Shown: piece after piece, positions 35,974 through 43,930 of the stretch | Layout: every line of letters starts with the position of its first letter | Position numbering within the stretch: the first letter of the stretch is position 1 | Assembly: GCA_963845205.1 (NCBI GenBank) | Contig: CAWJRC010000002.1 | Span: 152,825 to 216,824, forward strand | Origin: an uncultured archaeon | GTDB taxonomy: Archaea > Nanobdellota > Nanobdellia > Pacearchaeales > GW2011-AR1 | Direction: 5' to 3' | Length of the DNA stretch: 64,000 bases | The notes under the pieces: generated by a model | Database searches by the model: none | What the model was told of the DNA's origin: nothing | What the model saw: only the letters and a program-made list of their open reading frames with translations | Translations under genes and position numbers: made by a program

Positions 35974-36080
35974 TTTTCACCTCGAATTTTTAATTAATTA
36001 TGTTAAGTAAATGTTGTTTATAAATTTTTGTATAAAAAAGTTGTATAACTTTACAAAAATGCATTTTTATCGACGGAGAT

Positions 36081-37742
36081 TTAACTTATTATTTTTCCAG
36101 CTTTTTCAAATACAATTTTTCCGTCAATTAATTCTCTAAAAATATTTTTCAATTCAGAAATTTTTACTCTTATCTGTTTTTTAGTAGTTCTATCCCTTAT
36201 TGTAACATCTCCTTTTTTCAGAGATTCCTCGTCGACAGTTATGCAAAATGGAGTCCCTGTTTCATCATTTCTTGCATATCTTCTTCCAATACTTCCTGAT
36301 TCATCATAAAGAACATTCCATTCTGTTTTAAGATCATCAAAAATGTTCATACATATTTTTTCAAAATCATCCTTTTTGACAATAGGGAATATGGCTGCTT
36401 TTATTGGAGCAAGTTTAGGATGCAAGTTTAGGACGATATTTTCTCTTTTATTGTCATAATTGTAAGCATCAAACATGAATACTAAAAAGGCTCTTCCTAA
36501 TCCAAGGCTAGGCTCGCAGACAACATGCGGCAAAAATTTTTCTTTTGTCTGCTCATCAAAAAGTTTCAAATCTTTTCCGGAATATTTTTCATGCTGCCTT
36601 AAATCATAATCTGTTCTGTTAGCCATTCCTTCAAGTTCCTTCCATCCAAAAGGAAAGTTATATTCCAAATCCCACGTATCAAGTGCATAATGACTTTTCT
36701 CGTCGGAAACATGCTGTCTTGCTCTAAATTTTGAAGGATTTGCTCCTAGATTTATAAACCATAAAAATTCTTGTTCAAGCCAGTAAGCATGCCAATCTGT
36801 TTTTATTATCCCTTTTTCATAAGCCTTTTTCAAGGTCATTTTCTTAGGCTCCTCTTTTTTTTCCTGCATTTCTGCAGAATAGATTAAAATTTCAGTTTCG
36901 CCTATTTTGTAAGGACATGTTTCATTAGGCTTTATGAAATATTCAATTTCCATTTGCTCAAATTCTCTTACTCTGAATAAAAAATCACGTGGGGCAATTT
37001 CGTTTCTGAAAGATTTTCCAATTTGTGCAATTCCAAAAGGGAGTTTCATTCTTGCGTTCTCATAAACAAATTTAAAATTCGCAAAAATTAATTGAGCTGT
37101 TTCAGGTCTAAGATAAGATTTTATAGAATTTTCTTGTATTGGTCCAACTTGTGTTGTAAACATAGGATTAAATTCCCCTTTATTCTCAAATTCTCCTCCA
37201 CATTTTTCACATTTTGCTTTTCCAACTTCATATTTGTCTATTTTTGTTTTATTTCCGCATTTCTTGCAGACTACTGCGATATCAAGAAAATTTGCAACAT
37301 GTCCTGAAGCTTCCCAAATTTTTGGATTTGTGATTATGCTCCCGTCAATCCCTTTAATGTCTTTTCTTTGCCAGACATGAAATTTCCACCATTCTTTTTT
37401 AAGATTATTATTTAATTCAACTCCTAACGGCCCTAAATCCCAAAAACCTGCAAACCCCCCATATATTTCTGCAGAAGGATAAACAAATCCCTTTCTCTTG
37501 CAAAAAGTTGCCATTTCTTCAATTGAGATATTTGTTTCCTCAATTTCTTTTTTCTTTCCTGGAACTCCTATTTTTTCTTTTTTTTTCATCTTAATTATTT
37601 CCTTCGCTTTTTTTTCAGCTTCTTTTTTGGTTTTTCCTAGATAAGCAATACTTTTGGTTTTTACCTTTCCTTCTATTCTCTTATTTTCATTGAGATAATA
37701 ATAATCTTTTCCATTTATTGTCTTTTTTACAATAAAAGCCAT
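36081..37742 (-). CDS. glyS: Glycyl-tRNA synthetase (alpha2 archaeal/eukaryotic type) with an appended N-terminal basic module
   Basis: The core starts at about residue 72 (EEMATFCKRKGFVYPSAEIYGGFAGFWDLGPLG). Class II motifs and a C-terminal anticodon-binding domain are present. Confidence 0.93.
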   Translation of the reverse strand: MAFIVKKTINGKDYYYLNENKRIEGKVKTKSIAYLGKTKKEAEKKAKEIIKMKKKEKIGVPGKKKEIEETNISIEEMATFCKRKGFVYPSAEIYGGFAGFWDLGPLGVELNNNLKKEWWKFHVWQRKDIKGIDGSIITNPKIWEASGHVANFLDIAVVCKKCGNKTKIDKYEVGKAKCEKCGGEFENKGEFNPMFTTQVGPIQENSIKSYLRPETAQLIFANFKFVYENARMKLPFGIAQIGKSFRNEIAPRDFLFRVREFEQMEIEYFIKPNETCPYKIGETEILIYSAEMQEKKEEPKKMTLKKAYEKGIIKTDWHAYWLEQEFLWFINLGANPSKFRARQHVSDEKSHYALDTWDLEYNFPFGWKELEGMANRTDYDLRQHEKYSGKDLKLFDEQTKEKFLPHVVCEPSLGLGRAFLVFMFDAYNYDNKRENIVLNLHPKLAPIKAAIFPIVKKDDFEKICMNIFDDLKTEWNVLYDESGSIGRRYARNDETGTPFCITVDEESLKKGDVTIRDRTTKKQIRVKISELKNIFRELIDGKIVFEKAGKIIS

Positions 37743-37818
37743 TTATATGTTAGGCACTACTTCCTATTTAAATTTTTTTAAAAAATTTTCTAGAAGTTTA
37801 AAAGAGATTCATCGTGAA

Positions 37819-38229
37819 TTACATCTTGCTTCGCACACTATGCTTTGCACCACAAGCCATGCAATGAATGAATGCTAGTCTGTCCTCTTTTGATAATTCT
37901 GTGTCTGGTTTTCCACATTCCCTACACAAAACAAATTCTTTGGTATACTGTTCTATTTTTTGATTTATCTTTTCACTGGGAACTTTCATATTCAAAACTA
38001 ATCTGTCCCCCTCTCTCTGACCCGAAACTGCCAATTCTCTAAGTATAAATTTCTGGAAATGTTCGGGGTTTCTTCTTATGTGAGAAGCAATTTGGAAGAA
38101 ATTTGTTAATATAGTTTTCTTTCCTTCAAAATGCCCTTCTATTTTAGGAATCTCAAATCTTTCTCCCGAAGTTTCTGGCTTTTTGACTTTGCTGTATGCT
38201 TCATTAAGCAATTGTTCATAAGTTTCCAT
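37819..38229 (-). CDS. eif2b: Translation initiation factor aIF-2 beta
   Basis: YEQLLNEAYSKV, RFEIPK.. and the C-terminal Zn ribbon CRECGKPDT...CMACGA. Confidence 0.9.
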   Translation of the reverse strand: METYEQLLNEAYSKVKKPETSGERFEIPKIEGHFEGKKTILTNFFQIASHIRRNPEHFQKFILRELAVSGQREGDRLVLNMKVPSEKINQKIEQYTKEFVLCRECGKPDTELSKEDRLAFIHCMACGAKHSVRSKM

Positions 38230-38250
38230 GAATTAAATTCTAAAGACAAG

Positions 38251-38258
38251 TTTATAAA
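38251..38258. promoter_or_regulatory. Palindromic TATA box (TTTATAAA) shared by divergent genes
   Basis: Exactly 29 nt to minus ATG 38229 and 29 nt to plus ATG 38280. Confidence 0.55.
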
Positions 38259-38279
38259 TCTTTTAACGATTATTTTTTT

Positions 38280-38540
38280 ATGAGGCATCCGACAAAGGTT
38301 GAGAAATATGAAGGTTCACTTCTTGAACTCGCAAAAGATATAGGAAATTTGAATTATTATCAATTAGCTCATTTTTTAGATTATCTAGCGATAGATTTAG
38401 AACAACAGTCAAAAGCAGATAAAAAAAGAGGAAGAAAACAATTGTCGGGCAAATTAGAAGAAACATCTAAGGAAATTTTTCAGGCAAGAGATGAAATGAT
38501 CTCTATTGCGAATCTTTGCGAAAAACATAAAGAAGAGTAA
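38280..38540 (+). CDS. Hypothetical helical protein
   Basis: ORF track plus a promoter box at -29. No family recognised. Confidence 0.45.
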   Translation: MRHPTKVEKYEGSLLELAKDIGNLNYYQLAHFLDYLAIDLEQQSKADKKRGRKQLSGKLEETSKEIFQARDEMISIANLCEKHKEE

Positions 38541-38560
38541 TCTTAACCTATTTTTTTGGT

Positions 38561-38755
38561 TTAGATTAAATAATAAGGAATAATTGAATAGTCTAAGGGT
38601 TTAGAAGTGGAAGTAAACCTTTCCGGTATTATTCTATAATTTTTTGGAGCTGAAGTTGAAGTTAAATCTTCGCGCAATATTTCAGGAAATGGTTTTAACC
38701 CATTTGATTTGGGGATAATTGTACCTTTCAAATTTTTAATATCTTCAATTGACAT
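38561..38755 (-). CDS. Hypothetical 64-aa protein with an internal tandem repeat
   Basis: Starts 1 nt after the RPA-like gene stop. TSTSAPKNYRIIP and TSTSKPLDYSIIP are repeated. Confidence 0.35.
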   Translation of the reverse strand: MSIEDIKNLKGTIIPKSNGLKPFPEILREDLTSTSAPKNYRIIPERFTSTSKPLDYSIIPYYLI

Positions 38756-38756
38756 T

Positions 38757-39383
38757 TTACCCCAGCCACCTTATTTTTCCCGGGCGAGGTTCAAATATTA
38801 TTCCTTCTTCAAGAAGTTTTTTTATTTCTTGATTTATCATTTCGGGGGAAATTTCTCTTAAGTTCATGATAATAACATCAATTTCAATTCCACCATCTTT
38901 CTCTGCATTTTTTATTATATCAAGAATCTTATCTTTTACAGCAATTATCTGCTCCCTCGCAAGGGGTTTTACATTTTGATTTTTTTCTTTTTCAATTTCA
39001 AGTTTTCTTAAGAGAAGATATCTTATATCCTCTTCCCTCATAATTTCGGGAGATATGTAAGTCTCATTATTAAAATTTCTTAAATTCCCTATGACTAAAA
39101 TAGTCTGTCCCTGGACTATATTCTTAAATTTTTCAACTTCATCTCCAAAGCATTTTATCTTTATCTGCCCGCTTCCATCATCAATCGTAAAAAAAATATA
39201 TTTCCTTTCTCCTGAACTTTCATATTTGTCGGTTACATTTCCTATGATATTTACTCTTATTATCTTTTTATCTCCTAATTCTAAAAGAGAGAATCTTTCA
39301 TTATCAAAAATCGGTTTTCCTAGAAGAACTTCACCAATCCTGAATTTATATGCAATATTTCTTTTAAATTGCCCTTCAGCCAT
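38757..39383 (-). CDS. OB-fold plus winged-helix protein (RPA32/Rpa2-like ssDNA-binding subunit)
   Basis: OB-like core (VNIIGNVTDKYE..YIFFTIDDGSGQIKIKCFGD...ILVIGNLR) with a C-terminal wH-like segment. Immediately downstream of mcm. Confidence 0.55.
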   Translation of the reverse strand: MAEGQFKRNIAYKFRIGEVLLGKPIFDNERFSLLELGDKKIIRVNIIGNVTDKYESSGERKYIFFTIDDGSGQIKIKCFGDEVEKFKNIVQGQTILVIGNLRNFNNETYISPEIMREEDIRYLLLRKLEIEKEKNQNVKPLAREQIIAVKDKILDIIKNAEKDGGIEIDVIIMNLREISPEMINQEIKKLLEEGIIFEPRPGKIRWLG

Positions 39384-39434
39384 AACATGAAAAATTAAAA
39401 CGGATTTTTAAAGATTTAGACATTCGAATAATTG

Positions 39435-41513
39435 TTAATTTGTCCTGCTGACAAATCCACGACGGGGGCTAAAAATATCCCCTGAACTGCTTAATTTATT
39501 TATTGATTCATCGATTTCTTCTTTACTCATTTTTCCTTCAAGCTCTTTTTCAATTTCTTCAAGGGGAATCAATTTTCCAATTCTGCTCTCTAGATCAATT
39601 ATTATATCTCTTACAGTTAAGATTTTCCCTCTTTGAGAACTTGAGAACTTTCCAGAAATTCTGTCTATGTCAAAAGTTTTTGATTCATAATCATATCCAA
39701 CTTGCATTAGATAGTATTTCATAATCTCAATCGCAATTCTTGCATCTTCTCTAGTAACTTTTTTGCTTAACTTAACTTTAGCGGATGCTTCTGCCATTCT
39801 AATCAATGCCTGTAACTGCCTAGCAGAAATAGGAATAGGACGCAAACCACTTTCAACTGCAACAGGCTTATTTCTTAAATCAATATAAAATTTTTTTATT
39901 TCTTCAACTGCTTCATCCGTTAATTCTGGCTTGATTCTTTGTTTTGCATAAGCTACATATTTTCTAAATAATTCACGTGGGATAAACATCCCTTCCCCTT
40001 CTTTTCTGTGTTCATTTAAAACATGCTCTGCAATCATCTCATCTTTTTCCCTGTTTGGAACATCTCTTAAAGTAAAAATAATATCAAAACGGTTTATTAG
40101 TGTAGGAGGCAAATCGATCTGCTGTGCAATCGGCTGGCTGGGGTCGAATCTTCCAAATTTTGGATTTGCTGCTGCTAAAACACTTGTTTCTGCTCTTAAT
40201 GTTGCTTGAACATTTGCTTTGCTAACAGTTATTGTCTGTTGCTCCATTGCTTCATGCATTGCACTTCTATCATTAGGATCCATTTTTTCTAATTCATCGA
40301 CACAAACAAGACCTTTATTTGCAAGAACCATTGCACCTGCTTCAAGACTCCAACCTCTAAGATATTCATCTCTGACAACTGTTGCTGTAAGTCCTGCGCC
40401 TGATGCAGATTTTCCAACTACATATCTCCCCTTTGGGGAAATATTTGCCATAAAACCTAATGTTACCGATTTTGCAACTCCTGGATCTCCTATCAGCAAG
40501 ATATGAATGTCCCCCCTGCTTTTTTGGCCATCTTTATGAACTTTCTGGACTCCGCTAAATAACTGCAGGACAAGAGATTTTTTTATTTCTTCATAACCCC
40601 AGATACTCGGAGTTATGCTTCGTGCGAGGTTCTCAAAAACCATTGGATCTTCTGCAAGCTCAAGAATCTGTCTTTCATCTTCATCACTGATATCCAGTTC
40701 TTCAAAAGTCTCTTCCATGGGGATTACATTATTTGCTTCAAGAGCAAGTTCAAATCTTGTAGATAATCCTCCTGTCTGCAAAGGAATCGGGACTTCTTTT
40801 AAAATTCCTATTACTTTTATCCTGCTTCCAGGAGTTGTTTTCTCTTCCATTTTAGGTTCAACTAAGTCTTCTTTTACAAAGACATTAATCCTTTTTGGCT
40901 GTTCTCCTCCTGACAAAGATTCGGGTGCTTCTTCAACTACAAGGCGTTGAGTGTCAACCATTTCTTTACTTATCAATCTGAAGCCGCCTCTTCTTCCACA
41001 TGAGCATCTAGGTGGTTCGCGAAATTTTCTTTCAATTTGAAGAACAGACATTAATGTCCCGCAACTTGGGCATTCAAATTTTGCATTAACTACTTGAGGA
41101 CGGACGTCTGAAGCTTGTCTTATAATTCCCTCAATTACAATCATTTCATTGAGATTTTTTGAACGGATATTTCTAACTTTTATTTCCTGACCTTTTGGGA
41201 CATTCATTAAACGGACGCGTGCATTTTTTATCAGACCCGATTCTTCTACAGCTAATTCAATAATTCTTAAGGTGTCTTCTGGATCTGAAAGAAGTTCCTC
41301 CGGCAGTTTGTTTGAAAACTCTGTAAGTTTCAGAAAATCAAGACTTACTACATTTGAACCTTTTCTCATTGACTTTCCTAAGTCTTTCTTGTAGAAATCA
41401 AAGAATTTTTTTGCTTCAATTATTAATTCCTCTGTTTTCCCCTTTTCGGATTTCTTTTCTACAGCTCCTGAAGAATTATAAGGCTCCTCATCGAATTGTT
41501 CACTCTCATCCAT
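39435..41513 (-). CDS. mcm: MCM replicative helicase
   Basis: Walker A IHILLIGDPGVAKS, Walker B CVDELEKM, arginine finger SRFD-like NRFDIIF, Zn motif CPSCG...CSCG. Confidence 0.95.
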   Translation of the reverse strand: MDESEQFDEEPYNSSGAVEKKSEKGKTEELIIEAKKFFDFYKKDLGKSMRKGSNVVSLDFLKLTEFSNKLPEELLSDPEDTLRIIELAVEESGLIKNARVRLMNVPKGQEIKVRNIRSKNLNEMIVIEGIIRQASDVRPQVVNAKFECPSCGTLMSVLQIERKFREPPRCSCGRRGGFRLISKEMVDTQRLVVEEAPESLSGGEQPKRINVFVKEDLVEPKMEEKTTPGSRIKVIGILKEVPIPLQTGGLSTRFELALEANNVIPMEETFEELDISDEDERQILELAEDPMVFENLARSITPSIWGYEEIKKSLVLQLFSGVQKVHKDGQKSRGDIHILLIGDPGVAKSVTLGFMANISPKGRYVVGKSASGAGLTATVVRDEYLRGWSLEAGAMVLANKGLVCVDELEKMDPNDRSAMHEAMEQQTITVSKANVQATLRAETSVLAAANPKFGRFDPSQPIAQQIDLPPTLINRFDIIFTLRDVPNREKDEMIAEHVLNEHRKEGEGMFIPRELFRKYVAYAKQRIKPELTDEAVEEIKKFYIDLRNKPVAVESGLRPIPISARQLQALIRMAEASAKVKLSKKVTREDARIAIEIMKYYLMQVGYDYESKTFDIDRISGKFSSSQRGKILTVRDIIIDLESRIGKLIPLEEIEKELEGKMSKEEIDESINKLSSSGDIFSPRRGFVSRTN

Positions 41514-41567
41514 AATTAGAAAACTAAGGGATTATTTATATTAATTTCTATGAGAAAATAGATAAGA

Positions 41568-42020
41568 CTAATCTACTGCATAACCAATAAAAGTACAATT
41601 GAACAAAAAAGCTGTATTACAAGGATAACCTGAAGCATGTTGAGAACATTGGCAACCCCCTACGGGATTAGATCCGCTAATAATACAATTTGAAGGTCCT
41701 CCACTATCATTTCTGACTTCAATCTGTCCATTACATCTAGTTTGGGTAGGACAAGTTGGATCTGTTTCTACAGGGCATTGATAAACCCAGATATCTCCCA
41801 ATTTTTGTGAAGTAGGGCTACAAGTTAAAGTATTTCCGTTCCAACTTACTGCTTCACCAGCAGTACAGCCTGAAGGAACAGAAATCTCATTGAATAAATG
41901 TCCCGGATTTGGAGCAACTCCAGGAGTAAGAGCATATGTGCTAAAAGCAATTGCTGAAACAATCCCTATAATTACAAATAAATAAAGCAGTTTATTTGTT
42001 TTTGTTTTATTTTTTTCCAT
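41568..42020 (-). CDS. Secreted Cys-rich protein, paralogue 3 of a tandem triad (150 aa, 10 Cys)
   Basis: MEKNK.. basic N-terminus, a hydrophobic core ending STYA/LT, then PNPGH..ISVPSGCTAGEAVSWNGNTLTC. C-terminal CTFIGY. Confidence 0.6.
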   Translation of the reverse strand: MEKNKTKTNKLLYLFVIIGIVSAIAFSTYALTPGVAPNPGHLFNEISVPSGCTAGEAVSWNGNTLTCSPTSQKLGDIWVYQCPVETDPTCPTQTRCNGQIEVRNDSGGPSNCIISGSNPVGGCQCSQHASGYPCNTAFLFNCTFIGYAVD

Positions 42021-42021
42021 T

Positions 42022-42432
42022 TTAACTTGTTAGATATCCGAAAGATGTACATGATAATTTAGCACAGTTAGATCCATGATAACATTGAAGATTATTAATA
42101 CTTGAATAATAAAAAAGATGAGTTCCTCCATCACAATAGATTTTGTCATAAGAAATAAGTGAAAATGGAAAGTTGCATTGAGAATAATCTGCTTGACTAG
42201 GACAAAGTCCAATTATAATTGAGCTTAATTGTGGATTATTCTCACAAACTATATTTGTCCCATTCCATATTAAAATTTGGTTAGCTGCGCATCCTGAAGG
42301 CGCACCAATATCATTTAAACTATGTCTGTAAGAGGTGACAGCATAAACTCCTGCGCTTGCAATTACTAATATTCCTAGCATTATTAATACATAAAGCAAT
42401 TTGCTTGAAATCTCTATTTTATTTTTTTCCAT
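42022..42432 (-). CDS. Secreted Cys-rich protein, paralogue 2 (136 aa, 8 Cys)
   Basis: MEKNK.. signal-like N-terminus ending GVYA/VT, then IGAPSGCAANQILIWNGTNIVC. C-terminal CTSFGY. 1-nt gaps to both neighbours. Confidence 0.6.
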   Translation of the reverse strand: MEKNKIEISSKLLYVLIMLGILVIASAGVYAVTSYRHSLNDIGAPSGCAANQILIWNGTNIVCENNPQLSSIIIGLCPSQADYSQCNFPFSLISYDKIYCDGGTHLFYYSSINNLQCYHGSNCAKLSCTSFGYLTS

Positions 42433-42433
42433 T

Positions 42434-42756
42434 TTAATTTACTAAATGTCCTGCCAATAAGCAGCCTCCGTAAGCCGTAATCGTATCTGTTGATTGAGTT
42501 ATTTGAGAACCATCAGGCCCGACGCAATTGTAAATAGGCTGATTTTCTACAGCGGAATTACTGCAGATAAAATCTGTTCCATTTGAAGTTATTGCCTGTC
42601 CTGATGTGCATGGAGCCGGAGGAGCGATTTGAGATGTAGGATGCCCCGGATTTGGAGTTCCGCCCGCTGTTACTGCATAAACTCCTAAAGCCATTAAGGA
42701 AAGGATTATTATTGTTGCAAAAAATAAAACCAGCGATTTTTTAAATTAATTCTCAT
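42434..42756 (-). pseudogene. Paralogue 1 of the triad, reading frame broken at a homopolymer
   Basis: ATG 42756 (attaatat box at -29) reads MRINLKNRWFYFLQQ* and stops. One extra A in the A6 run (plus-strand T6, 42737..42742) would give MRINLKKSLVLFFATIIILSLMALGVYA/VTAGGTPNPGH..APCTSGQAITSNGTDFIC. Confidence 0.55.
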
Positions 42757-42810
42757 TACCCCTTTTTTTTACTCTTCATATTAATCTTAAGTTTAAGGTT
42801 TTTTTAAATG

Positions 42811-43365
42811 TTATCCCTTATAGTTCTTCAATGCTTCTTTGACATTTTTAAGAAGTTGTTTCATGCTATCTTCAAGTTGTTCTTTGTTTTTTGTTCCTGT
42901 ACATACTAGTTTACCATTACTAAAAAGAAGAAATGTTGCATTTGGTTCTATTAATTTGTAAACTAAACCCGGAAATTGTTCTGGTTCATACTCTGTATTC
43001 TGCATCTCCAAAGCTAAAAAATTTAAATTTAATTTTAAATTGATTGTTCCTGATGCGACTATGTTCTGAACTGTTATCTTCGGTTTGGTTGTTATTTTTA
43101 CATTTATTTTTTTTAATTGCTTTATTACCGCATTTATGACTTCCCTTACCTGCGTTGTTGATTTTGTTCCTGTACATACAAGATTTCCAGATGAGAAAAC
43201 AAGAACTGCAGATTTTGGTTCTTTAACTCTTAATACTAAACCTGGAAAAGTTTCAGGATTGTATTCTGTATTTGGCTGTGTTCTTGCTAATTTTGTAAGA
43301 GGAACAGGTTTTCCTAGAGAAGCAGTCGCAACTATATTCTGTATCTTGTAATTGCTATCTGACAT
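42811..43365 (-). CDS. tbp: TATA-box binding protein
   Basis: Two direct repeats with QNIVA..L..L...FPGLV.R...P....L.FSSGK(N)LVCTG.K. Confidence 0.93.
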   Translation of the reverse strand: MSDSNYKIQNIVATASLGKPVPLTKLARTQPNTEYNPETFPGLVLRVKEPKSAVLVFSSGNLVCTGTKSTTQVREVINAVIKQLKKINVKITTKPKITVQNIVASGTINLKLNLNFLALEMQNTEYEPEQFPGLVYKLIEPNATFLLFSNGKLVCTGTKNKEQLEDSMKQLLKNVKEALKNYKG

Positions 43366-43386
43366 GTTTATAAATGGAAAAAATGC

Positions 43387-43394
43387 TTTATAAA
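43387..43394 (-). promoter_or_regulatory. TATA box (palindromic TTTATAAA) of the tbp gene
   Basis: 29 nt from tbp ATG 43365. A second identical box lies at 43367..43374. Confidence 0.5.
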
Positions 43395-43398
43395 GGCT

Positions 43399-43929
43399 TT
43401 GTCGATATCTATTCCTAATCCTTCAGCTTTATTTAGATTAATTTTTTATACTAAAAAAACAAAAAAGATTGTGGTCTCCAAAAGAAAAATTAAGAAGGAA
43501 ATCCTTGATTATCTATTAATTCCCACAAATTGGGAAAAACAAAGAAGAAAAAGGGTTTTAGAGGAGCTAAAAAGAAGAGATATTAAAAATATAATTATCC
43601 TAAATGGGTTTGATAGCGAAGATGATATTCTTTATTTGGGGAAAAAATTGAAGGGGAGAGAAAGAATTGGTTTTGTAACTTTCCCTTTGCATTATTTAGA
43701 ATATAAGGAAATAATAAAAAAGGCGATTAAGGAAGGAAAATTTCCAAATAAAATTAAGATAGAAAATATAAAGACTAAGCAAACCACAAAACAATTTATT
43801 TATGGAGTTTTTGGTTTATTAGATGAAAAACTAAAAAAAAGAAAATTAGATTATTTTCAAAACAGACTTGAGAACCCCCTTATATTTACTATCAGAAAAT
43901 TTTTTAGAAATTGTTTAATAAATAATTAA
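43399..43929 (+). CDS. Hypothetical basic protein (non-ATG start)
   Basis: ORF track. There is no internal Met, so it must start at TTG 43399 or a downstream GTG. No confident family. Confidence 0.35.
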   Translation: MSISIPNPSALFRLIFYTKKTKKIVVSKRKIKKEILDYLLIPTNWEKQRRKRVLEELKRRDIKNIIILNGFDSEDDILYLGKKLKGRERIGFVTFPLHYLEYKEIIKKAIKEGKFPNKIKIENIKTKQTTKQFIYGVFGLLDEKLKKRKLDYFQNRLENPLIFTIRKFFRNCLINN

Positions 43930-43930
43930 T

